Origin: Armatimonadia bacterium
GTDB taxonomy: Bacteria; Armatimonadota; Zipacnadia; Zipacnadales; UBA11051
Direction of reading: 5' to 3'
Length of the DNA stretch: 24,772 nucleotides
Assembly: GCA_039683575.1 (NCBI GenBank)
Contig: JBDKRC010000038.1
Span: 1-24,772 of the forward strand
This document shows, piece after piece, positions 1 through 7,347 of this stretch. The first letter of the stretch is position 1. Each line of letters opens with the position of its first letter. The position numbers and the translations under genes are program-made. Below the pieces are notes generated by a model. It ran no database searches and was not told where the DNA came from. It worked only from the letters and a program-made list of their open reading frames with translations.

Positions 1-309
1 ATTGAGGCGCTATGGGCAGACTACAACGACTACCTCCCGACCTGCGCCGAGGACGGCTTCGATGTTGTCTACTTCGATCCCATCTTTGACCAGCCGCTGC
101 ACAAGTCGCAGGCGATGGCCCCCCTGCGCGCTCTGGCCGACTCTTCTCCCCTGTCCCTCGCCGCCCTCGCCGAGGCCCAGCGTGTCGCGCGCAAGCGTGT
201 GGTCATCAAGCAGCGCAAGGGCAGCGGCCTCTGGCAGCAGCTTGGCATCGGGAACGTCCTGAGTTCAGCCGCCAGCCGGGTGGAATATGGGATCGTGATT
301 CCGGCCTGA
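1..309 (+). CDS. Class I SAM-dependent methyltransferase, RsmJ/YpiP-like; 5'-truncated by the window edge
   Basis: Frame +1 is open from base 1: IEALWADYNDYLPTCAEDGFDVVYFDPIF...ARKRVVIK. The D-V-V-Y-F-D-P-x-F and 'AxKRVVxK' motifs are typical of this family. The ORF track shows only 115..309. Confidence 0.75.
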   Translation: MEALWADYNDYLPTCAEDGFDVVYFDPIFDQPLHKSQAMAPLRALADSSPLSLAALAEAQRVARKRVVIKQRKGSGLWQQLGIGNVLSSAASRVEYGIVIPA

Positions 310-381
310 ACCTGAGCAAAATGCAGGTCTGCGTCGTTCAAACTCGAATAGCAGTAGTGAGTACGAACGAAAGGGTGTTGC

Positions 382-2199
382 GTGATGGCCTCTGCCGATG
401 AGGAAAGACTCGCTTCCGCGCTTGTTGACAGTGGTGTGCTCAGCGCCGAGCAGTTGGAGGAGGCGCGCCAGGCTTCGGAATCCTCCGGCATGAACCTCGT
501 GCAGACCCTCCTGCGCCAGCGCCTCGTCACCGCCGCCGACATCGCTCAGGCCGCCTCCGCAATGCCTGCGGCTGCTGCGCCCGAGGCTCCACAGCCACCC
601 GAACCCGCTGCGCCGCAAGCACCAGCGCGACCCGCGCCGCCTCAGCGCACCCGCCCGACCTCCGGGGGCGGTAAACAGTCCCTCGCCTCGTACGAAATCG
701 ACCCCGAGGCCCTGCGGGACATCCCCCGCTCCGTGGCCGAGCGTTACCACGTCCTGCCCCTGCAGATCAGCGCCGACCGCATTCTGGTCGCCATGGCCGA
801 CGCCAGCAACGTCTTTGCGATGGACGAAATCCGCAGCCGCACCGGCCGCCGCGTCGAACCCATCGAGGTCGCCGAGGAAGAGATCAATCAGGCGATCGAC
901 CAGTACTACGCCAACCTCGCCCGCGCGCAAGTCAACGTCACCGCTACCACCCGCGACCTTGGCGAGAGTATCGCCGCCGGTGACTACGGCAATGCTGTGG
1001 ACAACGCCCTGGCCGAGATGCTCGACCAGGCCCCGGTCGTCCGCATAGTCGAGCAGATTCTCCGCGACGCCGTCCGCATGCGCGCTTCCGACATCCACAT
1101 CGAGCCCCGTGGCGAGCACGTGGCCGTCCGCTTCCGCGTGGATGGCCAGCTTCAGACGATCACGAACCTCCCCAGCGACATGCACCGCTACGTCCTGTCG
1201 CGGATCAAGATTCTCGCTGGCGAGGACATCGCCGAGACGCGCGTCCCCCAGGACGGTCGCTTTGCCACTGAAGTGGACGACCGCCCCATTGACCTCCGTG
1301 TCTCCACGCTGCCGACCTTCTGGGGCGAGAAGGCCGTCATGCGCATTCTCGACAAGAGCCGCGCGCTGGTCTCGCTTACCCAGCTTGGCTTCCAGCCCGA
1401 GATGCGCAAGCAATACGAGGACCTCATCTCCATGCCGCAGGGCATGATCCTCGTCACCGGCCCCACCGGTAGTGGTAAGACAACCACGCTCTATGCCTCG
1501 TTGTACGCCATCAACGACGAGACCAAGAACATCACCACGGTCGAGGACCCCATCGAATACGAGGTCAGCGGCCTCAACCAGGTCCAGACGCACGCACACA
1601 TTGACCTGACCTTCGCCTCGGCGCTGCGCTCGATCCTGCGCCAGGACCCCGACGTCATCCTCGTCGGCGAAATGCGCGACTTCGAGACCGCCGAGATGGG
1701 CTTCCGTGCCGCCCTGACCGGTCACCTGGTCCTCAGCACCCTCCACACCAACGACGCCCCCAGCGCCGCCACGCGTCTGGTGGACATGGGGATTGCCCCC
1801 TACCTGATTGCTTCCACGGTAGTGGGTGTCCTCGCCCAGCGCCTCGTCCGCAAGCTCTGCACGCACTGCCGCGAAGCCTGCGACCCCTCGCAGGAGGAAC
1901 TCGAACGCCTGCAGATGAGTGCCGAGGCAGCGGCCAAGATCCAGTTCCACCGTGGCCGGGGCTGCGCCCACTGCCGCAACACCGGCTACCAGGGCCGCAT
2001 CGCGCTCTACGAGCTGTTGCTGATGAACAACGACATCCGCGACGGTATAACCAAGGGCTACAATGCGCAGCAGGTTCGGCAGATCGCGCTGAAGTCCGGC
2101 ATGCGCAGCCTGAAGTACGATGGCCTGGCAAAGGTCCACCAGGGCGTCACCAGCGCGAATGAGGTAACGAAGGTGATGTTTGCGGGGGACGCGACGTAA
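382..2199 (+). CDS. pilB: Type IV pilus/type II secretion assembly ATPase (PilB/GspE family)
   Basis: ASDIHIEP, PQDGRF, Walker A GPTGSGKTT, TVEDPIEY, LRQDPDVILVGEMRD, GHLVLSTLHTND. The Zn-binding CTHC...CAHC motif marks an extension-type ATPase rather than PilT. The N-terminus is MshEN-like. Confidence 0.93.
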   Translation: MMASADEERLASALVDSGVLSAEQLEEARQASESSGMNLVQTLLRQRLVTAADIAQAASAMPAAAAPEAPQPPEPAAPQAPARPAPPQRTRPTSGGGKQSLASYEIDPEALRDIPRSVAERYHVLPLQISADRILVAMADASNVFAMDEIRSRTGRRVEPIEVAEEEINQAIDQYYANLARAQVNVTATTRDLGESIAAGDYGNAVDNALAEMLDQAPVVRIVEQILRDAVRMRASDIHIEPRGEHVAVRFRVDGQLQTITNLPSDMHRYVLSRIKILAGEDIAETRVPQDGRFATEVDDRPIDLRVSTLPTFWGEKAVMRILDKSRALVSLTQLGFQPEMRKQYEDLISMPQGMILVTGPTGSGKTTTLYASLYAINDETKNITTVEDPIEYEVSGLNQVQTHAHIDLTFASALRSILRQDPDVILVGEMRDFETAEMGFRAALTGHLVLSTLHTNDAPSAATRLVDMGIAPYLIASTVVGVLAQRLVRKLCTHCREACDPSQEELERLQMSAEAAAKIQFHRGRGCAHCRNTGYQGRIALYELLLMNNDIRDGITKGYNAQQVRQIALKSGMRSLKYDGLAKVHQGVTSANEVTKVMFAGDAT

Positions 2200-2266
2200 C
2201 CACGAAGGTATATCACAAAAAGTGAGTAATATACCCGTTCACGGTCTGCACAGGAGGGTCCAATCA

Positions 2267-3454
2267 ATGGCCAAGCAACTTCGCGTCGCACTCGTCGGTT
2301 ACAACTTCATGGGCCGGGCGCATTCCAATGCCTGGCGGCAGGTCAAGTTCTACTTCCCCGAACTCAAGCTCGAACCGGTCACCGTTGCCCTCTGTGGCCG
2401 GAACAAGGAGAAGGTGGACGGCCTGCGCGAGCGCTTCGGCTGGGCGGAATCCGTCTACAGCTATGATGAACTGCTGAAGCGTGATGACATTGATCTCGTG
2501 GACATCACGTCACCGAACAACGATCACGCCGATATGATCGTCAAGGCCGCCGCTGCGGGCAAGCATGTACTGTGCGAGAAGCCCCTGGCCACCAGCCTCG
2601 CCGACGCCAAGCGCGCCTTGGCCGCCGTGAAGAAGGCCGGCGTCGTCCACATGCTGATGCACAACTACCGCCGCTGCCCCGCCATCGCCCTTGCCAAGCA
2701 GATGATCGCGGGCGGCGAACTCGGCGAGATCTACCACTGGCGCGGCTTCTATCTGCAGGACTGGCTGATGAGCCCCGACGTGCCGATGATGTGGCGCGTC
2801 CAGAAGAAGATCGCCGGCTCGGGGTCGCTCGGGGACCTCATGGCCCACAGCATCGACCTCGCCAACTGGCTGATCGGTGACATCGACACTGTTGCCTGCA
2901 CGATGAAGACCTTCATCAAGAAGCGCCCGATGCTCGCCGACGTGGACGCGGGTCTCGGCGGCAAGGCCGCCAACGGCGCCAAGATGGGCACCGTGGACGT
3001 GGACGACGGCGTCATCACCCTCGCCCGCTTCAAGAATGGCGCTCTCGGCACCTTCGAAGCCACCCGCTTCGCCGCGGGCCGCAAGAACTACAACTCCTTT
3101 GAGATCAACGGCTCCAAGGGCAGCCTCGTCTTCAACCTCGAGCGCATGAACGAGCTTGAGTACTACAACACCGAAGACCCCGCCCAGGCCCTGGGCTTCC
3201 GCACGATCCAGGCCACGGCCGACGTCCACCCGTTCATGGGGCTGCCCAACGACGGCGGCCCCCGCTTCTGGCCGGTCGCGCACATCATCGGCTACGAGCA
3301 CACCTTCATCAACTCGATCTTCGACCTCGTGCAGGCAATAGCCGCCAAGAAGAGCGTCAACCCCAACTTCGAAGACGGGGTGAAGACCCAGGCGGTGTTG
3401 GAGGCCTGCGAGACAGCGTCCAAGGCTGATGCGTGGGTGAAGGTTCCCAAGTGA
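2267..3454 (+). CDS. Gfo/Idh/MocA family NAD(P)-dependent oxidoreductase (levoglucosan/3-keto-sugar dehydrogenase-like)
   Basis: GYNFMGRAH, GKHVLCEKP, NYRRCPA, YLQDW, GSGSLGDLMAHSID. AGGAGG RBS precedes the ATG at 2267. Confidence 0.9.
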   Translation: MAKQLRVALVGYNFMGRAHSNAWRQVKFYFPELKLEPVTVALCGRNKEKVDGLRERFGWAESVYSYDELLKRDDIDLVDITSPNNDHADMIVKAAAAGKHVLCEKPLATSLADAKRALAAVKKAGVVHMLMHNYRRCPAIALAKQMIAGGELGEIYHWRGFYLQDWLMSPDVPMMWRVQKKIAGSGSLGDLMAHSIDLANWLIGDIDTVACTMKTFIKKRPMLADVDAGLGGKAANGAKMGTVDVDDGVITLARFKNGALGTFEATRFAAGRKNYNSFEINGSKGSLVFNLERMNELEYYNTEDPAQALGFRTIQATADVHPFMGLPNDGGPRFWPVAHIIGYEHTFINSIFDLVQAIAAKKSVNPNFEDGVKTQAVLEACETASKADAWVKVPK

Positions 3455-3705
3455 TCGAGCAACTGAGGTATACTGAACATGCCGCCGATGTTCGAGAGGA
3501 AAGAGAGATACCGGAAGAGTGGATTGAGCGCGTCCTGACGGGGCCGACGCTTGTTGAGGAACCGGGCGATGGCACAATCCACTACATTGCGCCAATAGCT
3601 GAACACGGAGACCGGCTCCTGCGAGTAGTTGTTGCTGACGCGCCAAATCCGGATCGGATAGTGACTCTGTTCTTTGACAGGCGGTTGAGGAGGAGGATGT
3701 CATGA
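3451..3705 (+). CDS. DUF4258 domain protein (putative toxin)
   Basis: 84 aa: YTEHA..REEREIPEEWIERVL..P, LRVVV, RIVTLFFDRR. The GTG start overlaps the upstream TGA (GTGA). Confidence 0.8.
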   Translation: MIEQLRYTEHAADVREEREIPEEWIERVLTGPTLVEEPGDGTIHYIAPIAEHGDRLLRVVVADAPNPDRIVTLFFDRRLRRRMS

Positions 3706-3902
3706 GACTAAAGGTTGATCGCGAAAACGACGCAGTCTATTTGCGCTTGAGCGAGGGGAAGATCATCGAATCTGAGGAAGTTCAGCCGGGCGTAATCCTG
3801 GATTTTGACGCCGAAGGCAGGGTTATCGGGCTGGAACTGCTCGGCTTTGCCAAACGCATCTCCCCGGATATTCTGCAGACAGTGCAACTCGAAACAGCGT
3901 AG
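3702..3902 (+). CDS. DUF2283 domain protein (putative antitoxin)
   Basis: 66 aa acidic protein: D..NDAVYLRL, ESEEV.PGVILDFD.EGRVIGLELL. ATGA overlap with the DUF4258 gene. Confidence 0.85.
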   Translation: MRLKVDRENDAVYLRLSEGKIIESEEVQPGVILDFDAEGRVIGLELLGFAKRISPDILQTVQLETA

Positions 3903-3947
3903 AAGAGACGCCCGCCTAGTCCGGGCAGTTTGAGGGAGGCTTACGAG

Positions 3948-4931
3948 ATGAAAATCGGTTCACTTTCAGCCGCATGGAGCGGGCAGCCGCTCGAGCAGGT
4001 GCTGGACTTCTTTGCGGGCGCCGGCCTGCAGACCATTGAGATCGGCGCGGGCGGCTACCCCGGCACTGCGCACTGTGACGCCGCCAAGCTCAACAAGGAC
4101 GCCAAGGCCCGCAAAGCGTTCGTGGAAGCCATCGAGAGCCGCGGTCTCGAACTCTCGGCCCTCAGCGTTCATGGCAACCCGCTGCACCCGGACGAGAAGC
4201 TCGCCGCCGAGCACCACGCCGCTTTCGTTGAGGCCGTCAAGCTCGCCTCGAGCATCGGCGTCAAGTGCGTCAACGGCTTCTCCGGTCTCCCCGGCGGCGC
4301 CGCGGGCGACAAGGTCCCGAACTGGGTCGTCGCGCCCTGGCCGGAAGACCATGGCAAGGCGCTTGAATACCAGTGGGGCGTCGCTGCCAAGTACTGGAAG
4401 GCGCAGGCCAAGCTGCTTGAGAAGGCCGACGTCTGCATGTGCTTTGAGATGCACCCGAACTTCCTGGTCTACAACCCCGAGACCATGGTGAAGCTCCGCG
4501 AGGCCGCCGGCAGCGACCGCATCTGCGCCAACTTCGACCCCAGCCATCTCTTCTGGCAGGGCATCAACGCCTCTGACGCCCTCCGCTGGCTCGGCGAAAA
4601 GGGCAAGGGCGCCCGGGCGTACGTGCAGCACTTCCACGCCAAGGACTCGCTTGTGGACCAGTGGAATGCCAAGGTCAACGGCGTGCTCGACACCAAGCAC
4701 TACGGCGACGAACTGAACCGCGCGTGGATCTTCCGCACCGTCGGCTACGGCCATGACGCCGGCATCTGGAAGGACATGATCAGCACTCTGCGCCTGATCG
4801 GCTACGATGGCACGCTCTCCATCGAGCACGAAGACAGCCTGATGTCCTCCAACGAGGGCTTCCTCAAGGCCGTCGCGTTCCTGAAGGAATGCGTCATCAG
4901 CGAGATGCCCGGCGCGATGACCTGGGCCTGA
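3948..4931 (+). CDS. Sugar phosphate isomerase/epimerase family TIM barrel (AP endonuclease 2 / IolE-like)
   Basis: IEIGAGGY, HGNPLHPD, and metal ligands in FEMHP, NFDPSH, HFHAKD and SIEHED. GGAGG RBS precedes the ATG at 3948. Confidence 0.9.
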   Translation: MKIGSLSAAWSGQPLEQVLDFFAGAGLQTIEIGAGGYPGTAHCDAAKLNKDAKARKAFVEAIESRGLELSALSVHGNPLHPDEKLAAEHHAAFVEAVKLASSIGVKCVNGFSGLPGGAAGDKVPNWVVAPWPEDHGKALEYQWGVAAKYWKAQAKLLEKADVCMCFEMHPNFLVYNPETMVKLREAAGSDRICANFDPSHLFWQGINASDALRWLGEKGKGARAYVQHFHAKDSLVDQWNAKVNGVLDTKHYGDELNRAWIFRTVGYGHDAGIWKDMISTLRLIGYDGTLSIEHEDSLMSSNEGFLKAVAFLKECVISEMPGAMTWA

Positions 4932-4964
4932 GTATCACAGGGCCTCGCCCGCGACCGTACCCGC

Positions 4965-5010
4965 AAAAACAACGGCAGCGCCTGAGCTTCAGGCGCTGCC
5001 ATTTTGCTTT
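4965..5010. terminator. Probable bidirectional intrinsic terminator
   Basis: 12-bp perfect stem GGCAGCGCCTGA(4974-4985)-GCT-TCAGGCGCTGCC(4989-5000), with an A-run on the left and a T-rich tract on the right, between convergent genes. Confidence 0.8.
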
Positions 5011-5025
5011 CGCTATTCGTGTACG

Positions 5026-5445
5026 TCACTTGCTGGCCGGAACCGCCCCCGCCGGAACTTTCGCCCCTGCCGGCGCCGGCCTTTCTGTCTCATCTTCATG
5101 GTCCCGCACCTGGTTCAGCAGCACCGTCGCGAAGGGATAGCCGTATTTCTCCCACTCCTCCAGCCCGCCGTGGAACATCACGACATTCGTGAACCCATGC
5201 AACTCCAGTTTTCGCGCCCCGACCTTAGTGAACTCACACTCCGGGTCGGTGCAGTACAGCACGATGTCCCGCTCGTGTGGCAGGTACTCAATGACCTGAT
5301 GCAGGTAGTCGATTGGGATGTTGACTGCCGTCGGGATGTGAAGTAGCAGGTACTGACTCGGCGGCATCAAGTCCACTAGTAGGAAATCGTCATCCTCGTC
5401 CGTCATGCGCGCCCGCAACTCATCCGCCGCAATCTCCCGCGCCAT
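5026..5445 (-). CDS. Single-domain rhodanese-like protein
   Basis: LLVDLM...Y...HIPTAVNIP, IVLYCTDPEC, GFTNV..FHGGLEEW...GYP. ATG at 5445 lies just downstream of ahpC. Confidence 0.85.
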   Translation of the reverse strand: MAREIAADELRARMTDEDDDFLLVDLMPPSQYLLLHIPTAVNIPIDYLHQVIEYLPHERDIVLYCTDPECEFTKVGARKLELHGFTNVVMFHGGLEEWEKYGYPFATVLLNQVRDHEDETERPAPAGAKVPAGAVPASK

Positions 5446-5462
5446 GCTCGTCCACAGCTCCT

Positions 5463-5984
5463 CTACGCTTTGCCCAGATCCGCCTCGCCCGGCTGCCAGT
5501 TCACAGGACACAGCGCCCCCGTCTGCAGCGCCTGCAACACCCTCAGGGTCTCATCCACGCTGCGCCCGACATCCAGCCCGTGTACGACTTCGTACTGCAC
5601 GACGCCCTCGGGATCGATGATGAACAACCCACGCAGGGCAATGCCTTGATCTTCCAGCAGCACGCCGTACCGCCGCGCGACGCTCTTGGTCAGGTCGCTG
5701 AGCATTGGGTAGCTAATCTCGCCCAGTTCGCCCTTCTGCCAGGCCAGGTGGGTGTATTTGCTGTCCACGCTCGCCGCTAGCAGATCTGCCCCGAGCTTCT
5801 CGAATTCCCCGCGGCGCTGGTGGAACTCCCTGATCTCCGTGGGGCACACGAACGTGAAGTCCAGCGGGTAGAAGAACAGCACCACCCACTTGCCCTTGTA
5901 GTCCTCCAGCCGGAACTTCTCAAACTCTCCCCTATGCACTCCCTCAAGCTCAAACGTCGGCGCTTGCCTACCCACCAGACTCAT
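5463..5984 (-). CDS. ahpC: Typical 2-Cys peroxiredoxin (AhpC/TSA)
   Basis: FFYPLDFTFVCPTEI (peroxidatic Cys), RGLFIIDP, GRSVDETLR, LCPVNW (resolving Cys). Confidence 0.95.
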   Translation of the reverse strand: MSLVGRQAPTFELEGVHRGEFEKFRLEDYKGKWVVLFFYPLDFTFVCPTEIREFHQRRGEFEKLGADLLAASVDSKYTHLAWQKGELGEISYPMLSDLTKSVARRYGVLLEDQGIALRGLFIIDPEGVVQYEVVHGLDVGRSVDETLRVLQALQTGALCPVNWQPGEADLGKA

Positions 5985-6097
5985 TGTCTTTCCTCACTCA
6001 CGCAAATTGCACTGTGCCGGTCTTGATGACTAAGTGATTTGCCGTAATGTTCACAGGATGATCATCTTCATCATCCTGGCAACCCCGCACCCGTTCC

Positions 6098-7060
6098 TTA
6101 GCCCACGCCGCGGTCCCATCGCACCCGCTCGGCCTTCCGGAGGTACCGGTCTGCCGCCAGCCCCGCCGAGGCTCCCTCGGCCGCCGCGACCACCATCTGC
6201 CGCACTTGCTTGTGACGCACATCCCCAGCCGCGAACACGCCCGGCACGCTGGTCTGATACAGCTCGTCAGTCAGCAGGAACCCCTCCGCATCGGTCTCCA
6301 GCGCCCCGCCCAGAAAGTCGGTCGCCGGTGCGGTGCCCTTCAAGTACAGGAAGACCCCCGTGCCCGGCAGCACCTGTTTCTCACCGTCTTCACCAGCAAA
6401 CGCGGCCCCTGTAACACTTTCTTCGCCCAGGATGCTCTCCAGCTTCAATCCCATGCTCACGCGCAGGTTAGGGCAAGCCTCCAGTGCCTGTTGCAGGTTC
6501 CAGTCCAGCCGGAACTTGCTCGCCGCCGCGACCAGGTGTACCGAACTCGCGATCTTGGCCAGTGTCAGCGCTTCCTCTGCAGCATGTTCATCATCCCCTA
6601 CCACCAGTACATCCTCACCGGCAAAGAACGGCCCATCGCACGCCGCACAGTAGCACACACCCCGCCCCAGGTACTCGTCCTCGCCAGGAGCCTTCGTGGA
6701 GCGCCCCATCGCCCCCGTCGCCACCACTATCGCCTTGACACGGTGCTCCTGGTGCCCGCCGTATACCACGAGCTGTTCCCCATCCCGGAAATCCACGCCC
6801 AGCACGTTCTCCAGCACTGGCGTTGCACCGGCCTGCAGCGCTTGCTGACGTATGCGCGACAGGATCTCCCGCCCCGGCACCGGCTCGACCTGCCCCGGGA
6901 AGTTGGCGACCAGCGGGGCTGCCGCCATCATCCCTGACAGCTCGCTCGGGCTCGAAAGCACCGTCTGCAGCCCTGCTCGCGCCGCATAAAGCGCGGCGGC
7001 ACAACCTGCCGGTCCGCCGCCTATCACCAGTACCTCTGACGTGTTAGCACTGCGCTCCAT
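6098..7060 (-). CDS. trxB: Flavin thioredoxin reductase (TrxB fold), probably NADPH-independent DTR/FFTR type
   Basis: IGGGPAG FAD motif, ATGA, YCAACDG redox disulfide, TSVPGVFAAGD. GGAGAG RBS precedes the ATG at 7060; the ORF track's upstream extension is not protein-like. Confidence 0.9.
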   Translation of the reverse strand: MERSANTSEVLVIGGGPAGCAAALYAARAGLQTVLSSPSELSGMMAAAPLVANFPGQVEPVPGREILSRIRQQALQAGATPVLENVLGVDFRDGEQLVVYGGHQEHRVKAIVVATGAMGRSTKAPGEDEYLGRGVCYCAACDGPFFAGEDVLVVGDDEHAAEEALTLAKIASSVHLVAAASKFRLDWNLQQALEACPNLRVSMGLKLESILGEESVTGAAFAGEDGEKQVLPGTGVFLYLKGTAPATDFLGGALETDAEGFLLTDELYQTSVPGVFAAGDVRHKQVRQMVVAAAEGASAGLAADRYLRKAERVRWDRGVG

Positions 7061-7230
7061 TGCACTCTCCAGTTGTTGTTTGTTCACTCCCCGATGCGAC
7101 GCGTAGGCCGGTTCGTCCCCAACCGGCACCCAGCCGACCATTTCCGCCGCTCTGCCGCGCCGACCTCTGAGACCGCAAACAGGCCCCGTGGGGTAGCACA
7201 TTTGGGGTCTTCTTCGCTTCTTTGGCGAAA

Positions 7231-7259
7231 TTGTGAGAAAGTTGGTGATATGATACAAT
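7231..7259 (+). promoter_or_regulatory. Putative sigma70 promoter for the hybrid kinase
   Basis: TTGTGA-N17-TACAAT with an extended -10 TG, in an AT-rich patch about 90 nt upstream of the ATG at 7348. Confidence 0.55.
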
Positions 7260-7347
7260 ACATGTCTGCACCGGGCGGTGGGGCGGTCCTTCACTTGCGG
7301 TTGATCAGCCTTCCATCTCGGAGGCACATCTCCACGAGGAGAGCCTC

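Noticed and set aside
310-381. Possible c-di-GMP riboswitch upstream of pilB
   Set aside because: Only short stems (ACCTG/CAGGT, CGTTC/GAACG) in 72 nt; GEMM consensus features are not recognisable.
265-2139. 624-aa minus-strand ORF
   Set aside because: Antisense shadow of pilB caused by high-GC codon bias; no recognisable motifs.
2510-4829. 397-aa and 287-aa minus-strand ORFs
   Set aside because: Antisense to the well-supported oxidoreductase and TIM-barrel genes.
7061-7327. N-terminal extension of the thioredoxin reductase ORF
   Set aside because: Runs through the divergent promoter region and a REP-like hairpin; the RBS and family homology start at 7060.
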